DNA from: Ignavibacteriota bacterium
Lineage (GTDB): Bacteria; Bacteroidota; Ignavibacteria; UBA10030
NCBI GenBank assembly: GCA_963727825.1
Contig: CAVSHO010000001.1
Span: 288,001 to 352,000, forward strand
DNA length: 64,000 nt
Direction: 5' to 3'
Every line of letters begins with the position of its first letter. Within the stretch, counting starts at the first letter, position 1. Made by a program: the position numbers and the translations under genes. This document shows positions 21,997 through 31,860 of this stretch, piece by piece. The notes under the pieces are model-generated. The model was not told the origin of the DNA. It was given only the letters and a program-made list of their open reading frames with translations, and ran no database searches.

Positions 21997-22377
21997 ATGA
22001 TTTGCAAATACGAATATAAAAACGGTCTCTTATTCCAGATATTTCCCGATGTTCTAACTGTTCATGACATTTATCCACTTGCTAAGGAAATGGATATTAT
22101 TGACAATGAATATTCTATTATGCCAAATCGTCTTGTTAATCTCCAACCAATAAAATATTTTAATGGAGACTTCAATTCAGTACTTGATCTAGCAAATATA
22201 CGTATAGCAAAAAAATTCCCAAATCAATTTAAATCAGCATTGTTAGTTGCAAATGATTTACAGTTAGGATTTGCCCGTATGTTTCATACTCTCAGCGATA
22301 ATCCGCAAATAACAATGGAAATATATATGGATGAGTTAAAAGCTATTGAGTGGTTAAAAACCAAAGGTACTCACTAA
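21997..22377 (+). CDS. Hypothetical protein (STAS/SEC14-like small alpha/beta protein), cassette-like
   Basis: ALLVANDLQLGFARMF...EAIEWL-type C-terminus; flanked by attC-like arms. Confidence 0.6.
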   Translation: MICKYEYKNGLLFQIFPDVLTVHDIYPLAKEMDIIDNEYSIMPNRLVNLQPIKYFNGDFNSVLDLANIRIAKKFPNQFKSALLVANDLQLGFARMFHTLSDNPQITMEIYMDELKAIEWLKTKGTH

Positions 22378-22535
22378 ACTAGACGCTCTAGGTTATCAAA
22401 TAGCGGAATTTCACAAGCAATGCTCCTCAACAAGCTGAGGGAATAAGTTCGACTACGTTAAAAAGCAAACTTCGGCGTGCAGGCTTAATGTAAGATTTAT
22501 TACGTGCATAGGTGTTGTATAAATTTTAAAGTTAT

Positions 22536-22702
22536 TAAAAGGCGTCTCAAAAACAACATTTGCTGTCAGGCTGAGGGTTCGTCTGAGCTCACGCCGAAGG
22601 CTTGTCGAAGTCTGATCTGTAGCAAATTCCGTCACCCTTCGTGCTTCGACCTTGCTTAGCATGGCTCAGGGTGACTTATAATCATTTTTGAGATAACTTC
22701 TA
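22536..22702. mobile_element. MITE-like element, copy 2
   Basis: TAAAAGGCGTCTCAAAAAC / ATTTTTGAGATAACTTCTA ends; shared core GAGCTCACGCCGAAGGCTTGTCGAAGTCTG. Confidence 0.75.
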
Positions 22703-22791
22703 GAATGAACTTCTTACGTTTTCTACATTTTGATGGTTAGAAACGCTGCAGGTTTTGAGATATAACAGGATTATTTTCATAAGGATAAAGA

Positions 22792-23601
22792 ATGATACAA
22801 TCGATTTTCAAAGATAAGGTGGTCATCATTACCGGAGCTTCAAGTGGAATTGGCAGGGAGCTCGCTTATCAGCTAGCAGAGCAAGGTTCATGGTTATCGC
22901 TTGCTGCACGTAACAAAGAACGCTTAGAATCGGTAAAAACAGAATGTGAAAGTCGCGGGGGCAAAGCGATTGCTCTTTTGACAGATGTGAGTGAGCCTAC
23001 ACAGTGTGCTGCATTGATTCATCAGACTTTGGAACACTATTCGCGACTTGATATGCTTATCAATAATGCCGGAAGGACGATGTATGCGAATTTTGAAGAT
23101 GTCCGTGATCCGAGTATTTTTGAGAAACTCATGCGCGTAAATTATCTGGGAAGTGTTTATTGTACATATTACGCTTTGCCGTACCTGAAACAAACGCATG
23201 GACGCATTATCGGTATATCTAGTTTGACCGGTAAAACGGGTGTGCCGACGCGGAGCGGCTATGCGGCGAGTAAACATGCGATGGCGGGATTTTTTGACTC
23301 TCTGCGCATCGAAGTGTCACAATATAACATAAGTGTAACGATGATCTATCCTGGCTTTGTGGCGACGACTGTGCGAGAACAAGCAGTTGGCGAGGATGGC
23401 CAGTCTGTAGGTCGAAGTACAGTACAAGAGAGTAAAGTAATGCCGGTTGAGACATGTGCGAAAATAATTCTTCGAGCTGCTGCACAGCGTAAGCGGGAAG
23501 TGGTGATGACGCTGCGGGGCAAACTCGGGATGTGGCTAAAGCTGATTGCACCCGGACTGGTTGATTACATTGCTCGCCGTGCTATCCGCACAGGGTATTA
23601 A
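22792..23601 (+). CDS. Short-chain dehydrogenase/reductase
   Basis: TGASSGIG, NNAG, YAASK. Confidence 0.93.
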   Translation: MIQSIFKDKVVIITGASSGIGRELAYQLAEQGSWLSLAARNKERLESVKTECESRGGKAIALLTDVSEPTQCAALIHQTLEHYSRLDMLINNAGRTMYANFEDVRDPSIFEKLMRVNYLGSVYCTYYALPYLKQTHGRIIGISSLTGKTGVPTRSGYAASKHAMAGFFDSLRIEVSQYNISVTMIYPGFVATTVREQAVGEDGQSVGRSTVQESKVMPVETCAKIILRAAAQRKREVVMTLRGKLGMWLKLIAPGLVDYIARRAIRTGY

Positions 23602-23627
23602 TGTAGATTGACATCAGAGGAACATCA

Positions 23628-23819
23628 ATGAATTTTGCAAAGTTTATAGCAGCGCAGCTCCGTCAGCCGTCAGGTTTTTTTGGGCGATATGTGATGGTGC
23701 ATCTCCTCAATCGCTTAAACGTATCCATAAACACTCTGGCGTTTGAAGCTCTGCAACTTGATCCTTGTGACTTTGTACTGGAAGTTGGCTTCGGCGGTGG
23801 TGAAATCGAATGCGGATGA
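23628..23819 (+). pseudogene. Truncated class I SAM-dependent methyltransferase (N-terminus only)
   Basis: AQLRQPSGFFG...VLEVGFGGG motif I, then an immediate stop. Confidence 0.7.
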
Positions 23820-23883
23820 GTCCTTTAATAATTCTATTGGTGAGATTGCAGAGAAAAATAATATAGAAATGGAAGGGAAGTAG

Positions 23884-24300
23884 ATGGAAAATTTTCAAAT
23901 GGTCGCAGCAAAGATGATAACTGAAATGGAGAGTCATGCAAGAAAACTTGGAGTGAAAGGAGTCATAGTGATCGCGAGTATGGATGATTCCGGTTTTTCA
24001 TGGATGTCTCAAATGAAAGCCGTGGATAGCATAAAGGTGCTTGACGATAGTCCCGAAAAGAAACAATACTCCGGTTATAACTTTATTGGGATTGCTTACT
24101 CGAAAGCAGCAGAAATGGCTGACACGAAGTTAGATAGTGGAAGTAAGGTAAGACCAGCTTACCAGGGAGAATTTGGTTATCAGGGTGGTGTGATAAAAGA
24201 AGTTCAGTCGGGATATATATTGTCGGTTTTTAGCGGCGCTACTAGTGAACAGGATTTAGAAATAGCCAAAGCCGGGATGAGCGTATATCAGATAGAATAA
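23884..24300 (+). CDS. Hypothetical protein, possibly GlcG/HbpS-like fold
   Basis: IAYSKAAEMADT, GEFGYQGG, FSGATSEQDLEIA; upstream RBS-like GGAAG. Confidence 0.6.
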   Translation: MENFQMVAAKMITEMESHARKLGVKGVIVIASMDDSGFSWMSQMKAVDSIKVLDDSPEKKQYSGYNFIGIAYSKAAEMADTKLDSGSKVRPAYQGEFGYQGGVIKEVQSGYILSVFSGATSEQDLEIAKAGMSVYQIE

Positions 24301-24519
24301 AACAAATAATTTCATTATGATTTACTATTACGATTGCCTCTTGTAGCTGTTAATTTTTCAGTTCTAATGCAGGACGCAATGAATTATACGCCTGCCGAAG
24401 AAAGAGTTCTCAGTTATAGAGAATTACTTGATAATTATCTATATGTAAAGGAACCCTTTCGCTTACTGCAGATGTTTATATTATTGTTCCACATAATAAA
24501 TTATCCAAGGAGATGTCCT

Positions 24520-25350
24520 ATGATTAAGAAAACTATTTTCATCATGCTTGCTGTTGCATTAATTGTAACACTGGTCAATGCGCAAACGCAGTTGCGCATC
24601 CCACAGCTAAGTCAAGCGGCTAAAATCTCTCAGTCTATTGGTTTAAGTGAAGTTTCGATTTCTTATCATCGTCCGGGTGTGAAAGGACGTGAAATCTGGG
24701 GTGGATTGTTACCATATGACGTCGTCTGGCGGGCTGGCGCTAACGAACCAACTCTCATAACTTTTAATGACGATGTGACAATCGAAGGGAAGAAACTCAA
24801 AGCCGGAACATATCGGTTCGTAGTAATTCCTTCAAAGACTGGGGATTGGGCTTTGATCTTCAACACAGAGATCAAGAATTGGGGAACAGTGTATGATGCA
24901 AAGTATGACACATTAAAAATAATGGTAAAACCGGAAAGCGGATCGCATGAAGAGTGGATGTCATTTAGTTTCACAGATCTGACTCCAGCCTCTGCCCGTA
25001 TTGTGCTCGCGTGGGAAAAAATCCGATTGAGCTTTAAGTTCGAAATCAACTTGCTTGCGAAATTGCAGGCGTCGTTGGGAACGTGGCAAATGCTCAACAG
25101 TGCGGCGCGGTTCGCACTCGACAATAAAATGTACCTTGAAGAAGGACTTGGGTGGGCAGAACGCTCTATCTCTCTTGAAAAGAATGCGCGTAACCTCCAG
25201 ACCAAAGCAGAACTCCTTGCTCAAATCGGTAAGATTGATGGCGCAATCGCAACGGCTGAAGAAGCCGTGAAGATAACGAAGGAAAAAGATCCGAAAGCAA
25301 ATACAAGCGGATTAGAAAAGATGATTGCAGATTGGAAAGCGAAGAAGTAA
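24520..25350 (+). CDS. DUF2911 family secreted protein with a TPR tail
   Basis: Signal peptide, ISYHRPGVKGREIWG, VWRAGANE; AGGAG RBS upstream of 24520. Confidence 0.85.
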   Translation: MIKKTIFIMLAVALIVTLVNAQTQLRIPQLSQAAKISQSIGLSEVSISYHRPGVKGREIWGGLLPYDVVWRAGANEPTLITFNDDVTIEGKKLKAGTYRFVVIPSKTGDWALIFNTEIKNWGTVYDAKYDTLKIMVKPESGSHEEWMSFSFTDLTPASARIVLAWEKIRLSFKFEINLLAKLQASLGTWQMLNSAARFALDNKMYLEEGLGWAERSISLEKNARNLQTKAELLAQIGKIDGAIATAEEAVKITKEKDPKANTSGLEKMIADWKAKK

Positions 25351-25368
25351 AAACGAATATTACACACG

Positions 25369-25410
25369 ACGCCTTCCGGGAAATTATATCTTTCGGAAGG
25401 CGTTTTTATT
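25369..25410 (+). terminator. Rho-independent terminator
   Basis: ACGCCTTCCG...CGGAAGGCGT stem followed by TTTTATT. Confidence 0.8.
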
Positions 25411-25483
25411 TCTGGTTAACTGATGTTATACAAAGCCATCATATGTGTTGATAAACATAACATGTAATAGAGTAAAGAATACC

Positions 25484-25560
25484 AACCCTTAATCCCCTCC
25501 TCGTTTGAGGAGGGGAAATTCCGACGTTTGATATTATATCGCGTCGGGATGGGGAGGTGG
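25484..25560. repeat. REP-like imperfect palindrome (CCCCTCCTC-gttt-GAGGAGGGG)
   Basis: Hairpin at about 25494-25515 and a second GGGATGGGGAGG arm, between convergent genes. Confidence 0.5.
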
Positions 25561-25631
25561 ACAATTATATAATCCTTTGAAGAAAAACATGCAGTGCATA
25601 ACATAAATGATCAAAATATTTTTCGCAGTAG

Positions 25632-27341
25632 CTATGATGATGTCAAAATGCCGGAAGTTTTACTTCTCTCGAAAACGGATAGAATAATGCCAATACCAAC
25701 CACAACAAAACACCCGATTACGTTATACCACAACCAGGCGATAGATGTGAATCGAAAACAATACAATACTACAATCTCACCAAACAAGGCGCCAACGAAT
25801 GCGGCTGTTCCCTTGACCGATTTGAAATAGAACGCCAGAAGAAAAACACCAAGCATCGTTCCATAAAAGAGTGAACCAAGAATATTTACCGCCTCAATCA
25901 GAGATCCCATCCTGCCCGCATACTGCGCGAATGCAATTCCATATAAACCCCAGAATGCCATCATTATACGCGAGACTAAAAGATAATGCTTTTCATTTGC
26001 CTCACGTTTAATGAAACGTTTATAGATATCAATGATAGAGGTTGTTGCCAGAGCGCTTAATTCACCGGATGATGAAGACATCGAAGCAGCAAAAATACAC
26101 GCAAAGATTAGTCCTACCAATCCTACTGGCAAGTAGGTCAACACAAAACTTAGGAAAATATAATTTGTATCACTTGTGTCGGATTTGCGGTTGTTTTCTG
26201 CAATAAGTTGAGATGCATCTGCGCGGACTGCATCATATTGTTGTTGGAGCAACTGTAGTTCTTTTTTTTTCTCGGTGACCCGGACATCATCGTGTTGATG
26301 CCGAGCTTGCAGGTATTCTTTTATCTCTTCCGATTTCTTCTGAAATAAATTATTGTGCTTATCTTCCAATTGCCGGAAATCTTGTGCATGCACTCCCGAT
26401 TTTACTTTTCCTGCTTCAACAGGATTAAAAATAAGCGGGGGTTGAACGAATTGAAAGAATACAAATACCATCACTCCAATGAACAGTATAAAGAACTGCA
26501 TCGGCACTTTTGCCAGACCGTTGAATAACAACGCAAGACGACTTTGCGTGACCGATTCGCCGGTCAAATACCGCTGAACCTGCGACTGATCTGTTCCGAA
26601 ATAGGCAAGCGCAACGAACATACCGCCAATAATGCCCGACCAAACATTATATCGGTTACTGAAATCGAGAGAGAAATCGACTGTGTTTAGCTTTCCCATT
26701 ACAGCGGAGACAGAAAGAGCGTCGGTGAAAGAGATTTCTTTGGGAAGTAAATAAAGAGCAACACCAAGCGCGATACACATTCCAGCCATAATTATAATGA
26801 GTTGAAAAAAATCTGTATAGTTAACTGCTTTAACGCCTCCGGAGGTTGTATAGATGATTACGATGCCACCGATGATAATAGAGGTAATCCTTATATCCAT
26901 ACCAAGCATAACAGAAAGGATAAGCGATGGCGCATATATTGTTATTCCGGCAGCGAGTCCTCTTGAGATGAGGAAGATTAGAGTTATCAGCACTCTGGTT
27001 TTTGTATCGAAACGATTTTCAAGATATTCGTAAGCTGTATAGACCCCGAGTTTGTGGAAGATAGGAACGGCAGTGATGCAAAGAATTACCATCGCTATTG
27101 GCAGGCCAAAATAGAACTGCACAAATCGCATCCCGTCCGTGTATGCTTGACCTGGGGTCGATGTAAAGGTGATGGCGCTTGCTTGCGTTGCCATAATTGC
27201 GAGCGCGACCGTATACCACTTCATTGATCTATCTGCTAATAAAAAGCCCTTTATGTTTCGGCTTCCGCGTCCTTTCCACATCCCATAGAGAACGATGAAG
27301 AGGAGAGTTGTTGCAAGCACAATCCAGTCAAGTTGTTTCAT
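25632..27341 (-). CDS. Sodium:solute symporter
   Basis: ATQASAITF, YTAYEYLENRF, GTDQSQVQRYL; many TM helices. Confidence 0.92.
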   Translation of the reverse strand: MKQLDWIVLATTLLFIVLYGMWKGRGSRNIKGFLLADRSMKWYTVALAIMATQASAITFTSTPGQAYTDGMRFVQFYFGLPIAMVILCITAVPIFHKLGVYTAYEYLENRFDTKTRVLITLIFLISRGLAAGITIYAPSLILSVMLGMDIRITSIIIGGIVIIYTTSGGVKAVNYTDFFQLIIIMAGMCIALGVALYLLPKEISFTDALSVSAVMGKLNTVDFSLDFSNRYNVWSGIIGGMFVALAYFGTDQSQVQRYLTGESVTQSRLALLFNGLAKVPMQFFILFIGVMVFVFFQFVQPPLIFNPVEAGKVKSGVHAQDFRQLEDKHNNLFQKKSEEIKEYLQARHQHDDVRVTEKKKELQLLQQQYDAVRADASQLIAENNRKSDTSDTNYIFLSFVLTYLPVGLVGLIFACIFAASMSSSSGELSALATTSIIDIYKRFIKREANEKHYLLVSRIMMAFWGLYGIAFAQYAGRMGSLIEAVNILGSLFYGTMLGVFLLAFYFKSVKGTAAFVGALFGEIVVLYCFRFTSIAWLWYNVIGCFVVVGIGIILSVFERSKTSGILTSS

Positions 27342-27481
27342 TTAAACGCTTCGGAAAAGGAATAGAAAAGAATTATCAATACCAATAAATTCAGAAGAAC
27401 GACAAGATAGATTTTTTTCCAAGAACCGAGGATGGGCGGCTTCTCTTCAATGATGACTTTATCAGAATTCAAGTATTCCAT
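27338..27481 (-). CDS. 47-aa membrane protein, probable symporter accessory subunit (not in the ORF track)
   Basis: MEYLNSDKVIIEEKPPILGSWKKIYLVVLLNLLVLIILFYSFSEAFK; GGAGA RBS; ATGA overlap with the symporter start. Confidence 0.75.
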   Translation of the reverse strand: MEYLNSDKVIIEEKPPILGSWKKIYLVVLLNLLVLIILFYSFSEAFK

Positions 27482-27519
27482 CTTTCTCCGTCCTGAGTGG
27501 TTGGCGCTTATTTTTTATT

Positions 27520-30024
27520 TCAGCGATATGCGGCTTTCTGTAATGGTTGGCGATTACCATGCAGTGAAAGAATGTTAGCAAATAAACGATACGCCCCTTC
27601 CACGCCTGCAGGCAATTGACGGAAGAATGCGTAGGCACAAAACACATAGTATCCTTTTCCATACTTTGCTGCCAACAAACCACCTGCCCGATCCGGTTCA
27701 TTCGTATCGTGGCAACTAATAACTGAGTCATACTTTGTGTCCCAACGATCGGCAAAATACAGTCCCCGTTCTTGAACCCATCCCTTGAAATCTTCCTCAG
27801 TGATTTTGTTGGGGGTCGTCAATAAAGGATGCTCCCGATTCACGAAAGTGATTTTAGCATCTTCTTCTGTAACTCGATCGCGTGATATATTCAATGGATA
27901 TGGTCCAATATTTTCCGATTCAATTCTCTGCGCAGTAACATATTGGACTACATATGTTCCTCCGCGTTTAATATAGTCCAGAAGACGTTGCTGGTGAATT
28001 CGAAGTTTCGGTCGTGTGTTGTACGCCCTCACTCCTGCGACGATAACATCGTATTGATCAAGATTTCCCTTAGCAAGTTCTTCATCTGAAAGAAGTGCAA
28101 CTGAATATCCCATCTGCCGGATTGCGGAAGGTACATCGTCTCCGGCTCCCATAATGTATCCGACAGAGCGGCCATTTTTTCTTAGATCAATTTTTAAAAG
28201 TCTTCCCTCAGCGAGTGGAAACATTATCTGCGGTGGAATGTGCTTATACTGCGCAATTTGTAGACCTCGGTCAACAATTGTTTTCCCAATCTCAACTTCT
28301 CCAGTGAACGTACCGCTCTTCGCCCCTTTAAGTGGATGCACAGCAAAGGAGAAAGTCTGCTCCTCGTCCTTATTTTGAAATTGAAACTCAGACTGTTCAG
28401 GCTTAACACTCCAAAATTCCGGTAGTTTTAATTTTACTATTCCATGTGTATTCGATATTGAGGTTTTGAGAGAAAGTATTATTTGTCGTTCGAATAAATC
28501 CGGAAATAACACAATTGGTTCCTGAATATTAACTACAACCGGGGGAACAATTTCAAAAGGACGCAATAATTCTCCATCTATTGGGTCAATGACTCTTTGA
28601 TGCAACGGGATATCAATTTTCAATTTACCATCTGGTGAAGAGAGTATAACTGTGATATTGATAGGCGGCTCGTTTTCCGGTTGACCAATCAATAAATGGT
28701 TTGAAATATTGTATGAGCCAATATCAGGTTTCTCCAACAACCAGTACGGTTGAGTATAATTGATTTGTTCTGGCAGTTTCAATGTAAAGTTTGAACGGAT
28801 GGGCTTGTTTGTTTCAAGTTTTGAGCGGAAGAGAGTATCAATTCCGCCAAATGGCAATATGATGCGTTCAAGAATAAAAGGATATGCCGACCGGTTGACA
28901 AACGAAGTGGTGAGTTTCACTTCACCGCCCGGAATTGCGGAATTATCTGGAGTTGCGGCGTCAATCCATAATCCTGCACAAGAAAGAATCACATGTGTCA
29001 ATTTTTCCTTTTTGAAAATAACCCATGGGTCTTGTGTGAGAGAGTTAAGCAAATTCAAGGCTTTGAATAGCAATGGAATCGATTGAGCCGGTGCTTCACC
29101 ATCGAACTTCCGATAGGCTTCGTCAAGAATTTTTCCTACGCTATCCGCGCCTTTTACTCTTGACCATCCAGTGTTGATTCCATCAAAAAGATCTTTTTTT
29201 GCAGTATCCCCGGCAACGTGTTGGAAGTAGTTCAAAGACTCACCGCGGCTTTGCCCGGCACCCATACCTTGACTTTTGTGCATACTCCGTCCCTCGCCGG
29301 CAATTTCTGTAAATGATTTTCCAAGCAGAGGAGAATAAGTTCCAACGTCTATGGTCATCATAGGCATAGCTTTCTGCATTGTATCGGTTTGTAATGGACG
29401 GAATCCATTCCACACAATTCGCTTCGCTTGCCATGTCGATACATACTGAAGCTGTTTCGGGAAACGAGATGGATCTGCAGCGGCACGAAATGCTTCCTCT
29501 GCAAGTATCGCAGATGCTGTGTGATTTCCGTGACCTCCAAGTGTCGGTGTGAAACGCGTTATGATAACATCAGGTCTGAATGTACGAATGACCCAAACTA
29601 CATCAGCAAGAGCTTTTTCTTTTCCCCAGAAGCGAAGAGTTTCTTCCGATGTCTTGGAGAAGCCGAAGTCAATTGCGCTCGTGAAGTATTGTTCTGCGCC
29701 ATCAATTCTTCGTGCAGCAAGAAGTTCCTGAGTTCGGATTAATCCCAGCATTTCCCCCTGTTCGGGGCCAAGTAGGTTTTGACCTCCTTCGCCGCGTGTA
29801 ATCGATAGATATGCAGTTCGATAACACCTATCCTGTGCAAGAGTAGCAAGCAATGCTGTATTTTCATCATCTGGATGTGCAGCGATGTAAAGAACCGATC
29901 CCAGCACCGTGAGTTTCTTTAATGCTAATTTGATCTCTGCAGCGTCCCGTGGATCTGATGATTGAGCATATACTGATTGAGCAATGAGAAATATTAGTAG
30001 AAGCAACGAGGTTCGTCGAATCAT
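27520..30024 (-). CDS. Secreted PIG-L/LmbE family deacetylase with C-terminal Ig-like and GATase-like domains
   Basis: Signal peptide, AAHPDDE, TRGEGGQN, HGNH. Confidence 0.9.
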   Translation of the reverse strand: MIRRTSLLLLIFLIAQSVYAQSSDPRDAAEIKLALKKLTVLGSVLYIAAHPDDENTALLATLAQDRCYRTAYLSITRGEGGQNLLGPEQGEMLGLIRTQELLAARRIDGAEQYFTSAIDFGFSKTSEETLRFWGKEKALADVVWVIRTFRPDVIITRFTPTLGGHGNHTASAILAEEAFRAAADPSRFPKQLQYVSTWQAKRIVWNGFRPLQTDTMQKAMPMMTIDVGTYSPLLGKSFTEIAGEGRSMHKSQGMGAGQSRGESLNYFQHVAGDTAKKDLFDGINTGWSRVKGADSVGKILDEAYRKFDGEAPAQSIPLLFKALNLLNSLTQDPWVIFKKEKLTHVILSCAGLWIDAATPDNSAIPGGEVKLTTSFVNRSAYPFILERIILPFGGIDTLFRSKLETNKPIRSNFTLKLPEQINYTQPYWLLEKPDIGSYNISNHLLIGQPENEPPINITVILSSPDGKLKIDIPLHQRVIDPIDGELLRPFEIVPPVVVNIQEPIVLFPDLFERQIILSLKTSISNTHGIVKLKLPEFWSVKPEQSEFQFQNKDEEQTFSFAVHPLKGAKSGTFTGEVEIGKTIVDRGLQIAQYKHIPPQIMFPLAEGRLLKIDLRKNGRSVGYIMGAGDDVPSAIRQMGYSVALLSDEELAKGNLDQYDVIVAGVRAYNTRPKLRIHQQRLLDYIKRGGTYVVQYVTAQRIESENIGPYPLNISRDRVTEEDAKITFVNREHPLLTTPNKITEEDFKGWVQERGLYFADRWDTKYDSVISCHDTNEPDRAGGLLAAKYGKGYYVFCAYAFFRQLPAGVEGAYRLFANILSLHGNRQPLQKAAYR

Positions 30025-30240
30025 ATATGATTATCCAGTGTTTTATTTTTATTTGAAGAGGTGCATTTTTTCACTTACAATTTACGATTCACGCCCTCAA
30101 CCTGCAAGGACGATTAAATATTGAGGATCCGTCCTAACAAAGGGAAGAGATATGATATTAGTATTGAATGCAGATAAAAAGTGAGGTGGAGTTCCCTTTG
30201 AAAAGACATTAAAGAGATAGGAATATTATCTATAATTTAT

Positions 30241-30407
30241 TAGAAGTTATCACAAAAATACAATTTACTGTCAGACTGAGCGTTCGCCTGAGCTCACGCC
30301 GAAGGATTGTCGAAGTCTGATCTGTGGAATATTCCGTCACTCCTCGTGCTTCGACTTTGCTCAGCATGATTCAGGGTGACTTAAAATCATTTTTAAGAGG
30401 GCTTCTA
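30241..30407. mobile_element. MITE-like element, copy 3
   Basis: TAGAAGTTATCACAAAAAT / ATTTTTAAGAGGGCTTCTA ends; core nearly identical to copy 2. Confidence 0.75.
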
Positions 30408-30415
30408 ATAAACTT

Positions 30416-31078
30416 CTATTTTTCTTCTGCATGGTGCTTGACTACGCGTGCTTGAATATAGAAAATTACTTCTTCTGCAATGTTGGTTGTTAGATCTGCA
30501 ACGCGCTCTAAGTTCCGGCTCACACGGCTCAATTCCAATCCACATTCGATTGTTTGAGTATTGCTCTTCACCAATTCAATAATTCTTCTGGCCACCAATC
30601 GATTCAAGTCATCAATCTGATCGTCAGTTTCTAAGACGAGAAGCGCTTTTGCAGGATCAAGGAGGATAAAGCTATCGAGTGCTTCTTTGAGCATCATCTT
30701 TGTGATATCTGCCATCTTTGGAATTTCTTCCAGCATCTCTACAGTCGGAAATGAGCAGAGCGTTTGAGCAGCTTCTGCGATATTTACTGCATGGTCGCCA
30801 ATTCGCTCAAGATCATTGTTGATTTTTTGCGCTGCGATGATAAATCGCAAATCACTGGCTACCGGCTGCTGCAATGCGAGCAAATCGATAACTGCATTGT
30901 CGATTTCAATTTCAAGCGAATCAACGCGTTTGTCTGTTTCGATAACCTTGTGAGCAAGCTCGTCGCTCTTTTCCAGAACTGCACGGATCGCTAATGCGAT
31001 ATTTTCTTCTACCACACTTCCCATTTTAATAAGTGAGGTTTTAAGACTTTCTAATTCCCTTTGAAAGTGGCGTTCCAT
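30416..31078 (-). CDS. phoU: Phosphate signalling protein PhoU (operon 2)
   Basis: QQPVASDLR, DLERIGDHAVNIAE, NLERVAD. Confidence 0.96.
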   Translation of the reverse strand: MERHFQRELESLKTSLIKMGSVVEENIALAIRAVLEKSDELAHKVIETDKRVDSLEIEIDNAVIDLLALQQPVASDLRFIIAAQKINNDLERIGDHAVNIAEAAQTLCSFPTVEMLEEIPKMADITKMMLKEALDSFILLDPAKALLVLETDDQIDDLNRLVARRIIELVKSNTQTIECGLELSRVSRNLERVADLTTNIAEEVIFYIQARVVKHHAEEK

Positions 31079-31099
31079 TGCTTTTATCTCCTATCGTTA

Positions 31100-31858
31100 T
31101 TATCCAAATCTTCCTGTAAGATAATCTTCTGTTCGTTTCTCTTTTGGTGAAGAATAAATATGTCTCGTTTCTCCATATTCTACAAGTTCTCCGAGATAGA
31201 GAAACGCGGTGTTGTCACTTGTGCGCGCAGCTTGCTGCATATTATGCGTAACAATGACAATAGTATAATTCTTTTTCAACTCCTGCATTAACTCTTCAAT
31301 TTTCAATGTCGCTATCGGATCGAGAGCTGAGCAAGGTTCATCCATTAATATAATCTGTGGTTTCATTGCAAGCACACGGGCGATACATAAGCGCTGCTGT
31401 TGTTCAAGCGAGAGTCTGAGTGCTGAATGATCAAGACGATCTTTCAGATCATTCCATAGCAAAACGTCTTTCAGGGATGCTTCGACGATAGAATTATGCT
31501 CTCTCTTTTCGTGTTTATCGTGAATCTCAAGGCCAAAAGCAATATTCTCGCGCACTGACAGGGGAAATGGATTCGGCCTCTGAAATACCATGCCAACCTT
31601 TTGTCGGAGTATAATAAGATCAGTCTCAGGCGAAAAAATATTATCGCCTAATACATTAACATCGCCGGTTATCCGAACTCCATCTATCAAATCGTTCATT
31701 CTATTGAAGACCCGCACAAGAGTCGATTTTCCACATCCTGATGGACCTATAAGCGCCGTAATCTTTTTTTCTTCGATGTTGAGATTAATATTGATCAGCG
31801 CCTGAAAGCTGCCATAAAACAAATCAAGATGTCGTGTTTCAATAACGATATTATTCAT
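31100..31858 (-). CDS. pstB: Phosphate ABC ATPase PstB with a degenerate signature (LSLEQQQR)
   Basis: [38 protein letters not shown]. Confidence 0.93.
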   Translation of the reverse strand: MNNIVIETRHLDLFYGSFQALININLNIEEKKITALIGPSGCGKSTLVRVFNRMNDLIDGVRITGDVNVLGDNIFSPETDLIILRQKVGMVFQRPNPFPLSVRENIAFGLEIHDKHEKREHNSIVEASLKDVLLWNDLKDRLDHSALRLSLEQQQRLCIARVLAMKPQIILMDEPCSALDPIATLKIEELMQELKKNYTIVIVTHNMQQAARTSDNTAFLYLGELVEYGETRHIYSSPKEKRTEDYLTGRFG

Positions 31859-31860
31859 GA

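Noticed and set aside
17495-30407. Repeats considered as a CRISPR array
   Set aside because: The copies are kilobases apart with no repeat-spacer periodicity, and there are no cas genes.
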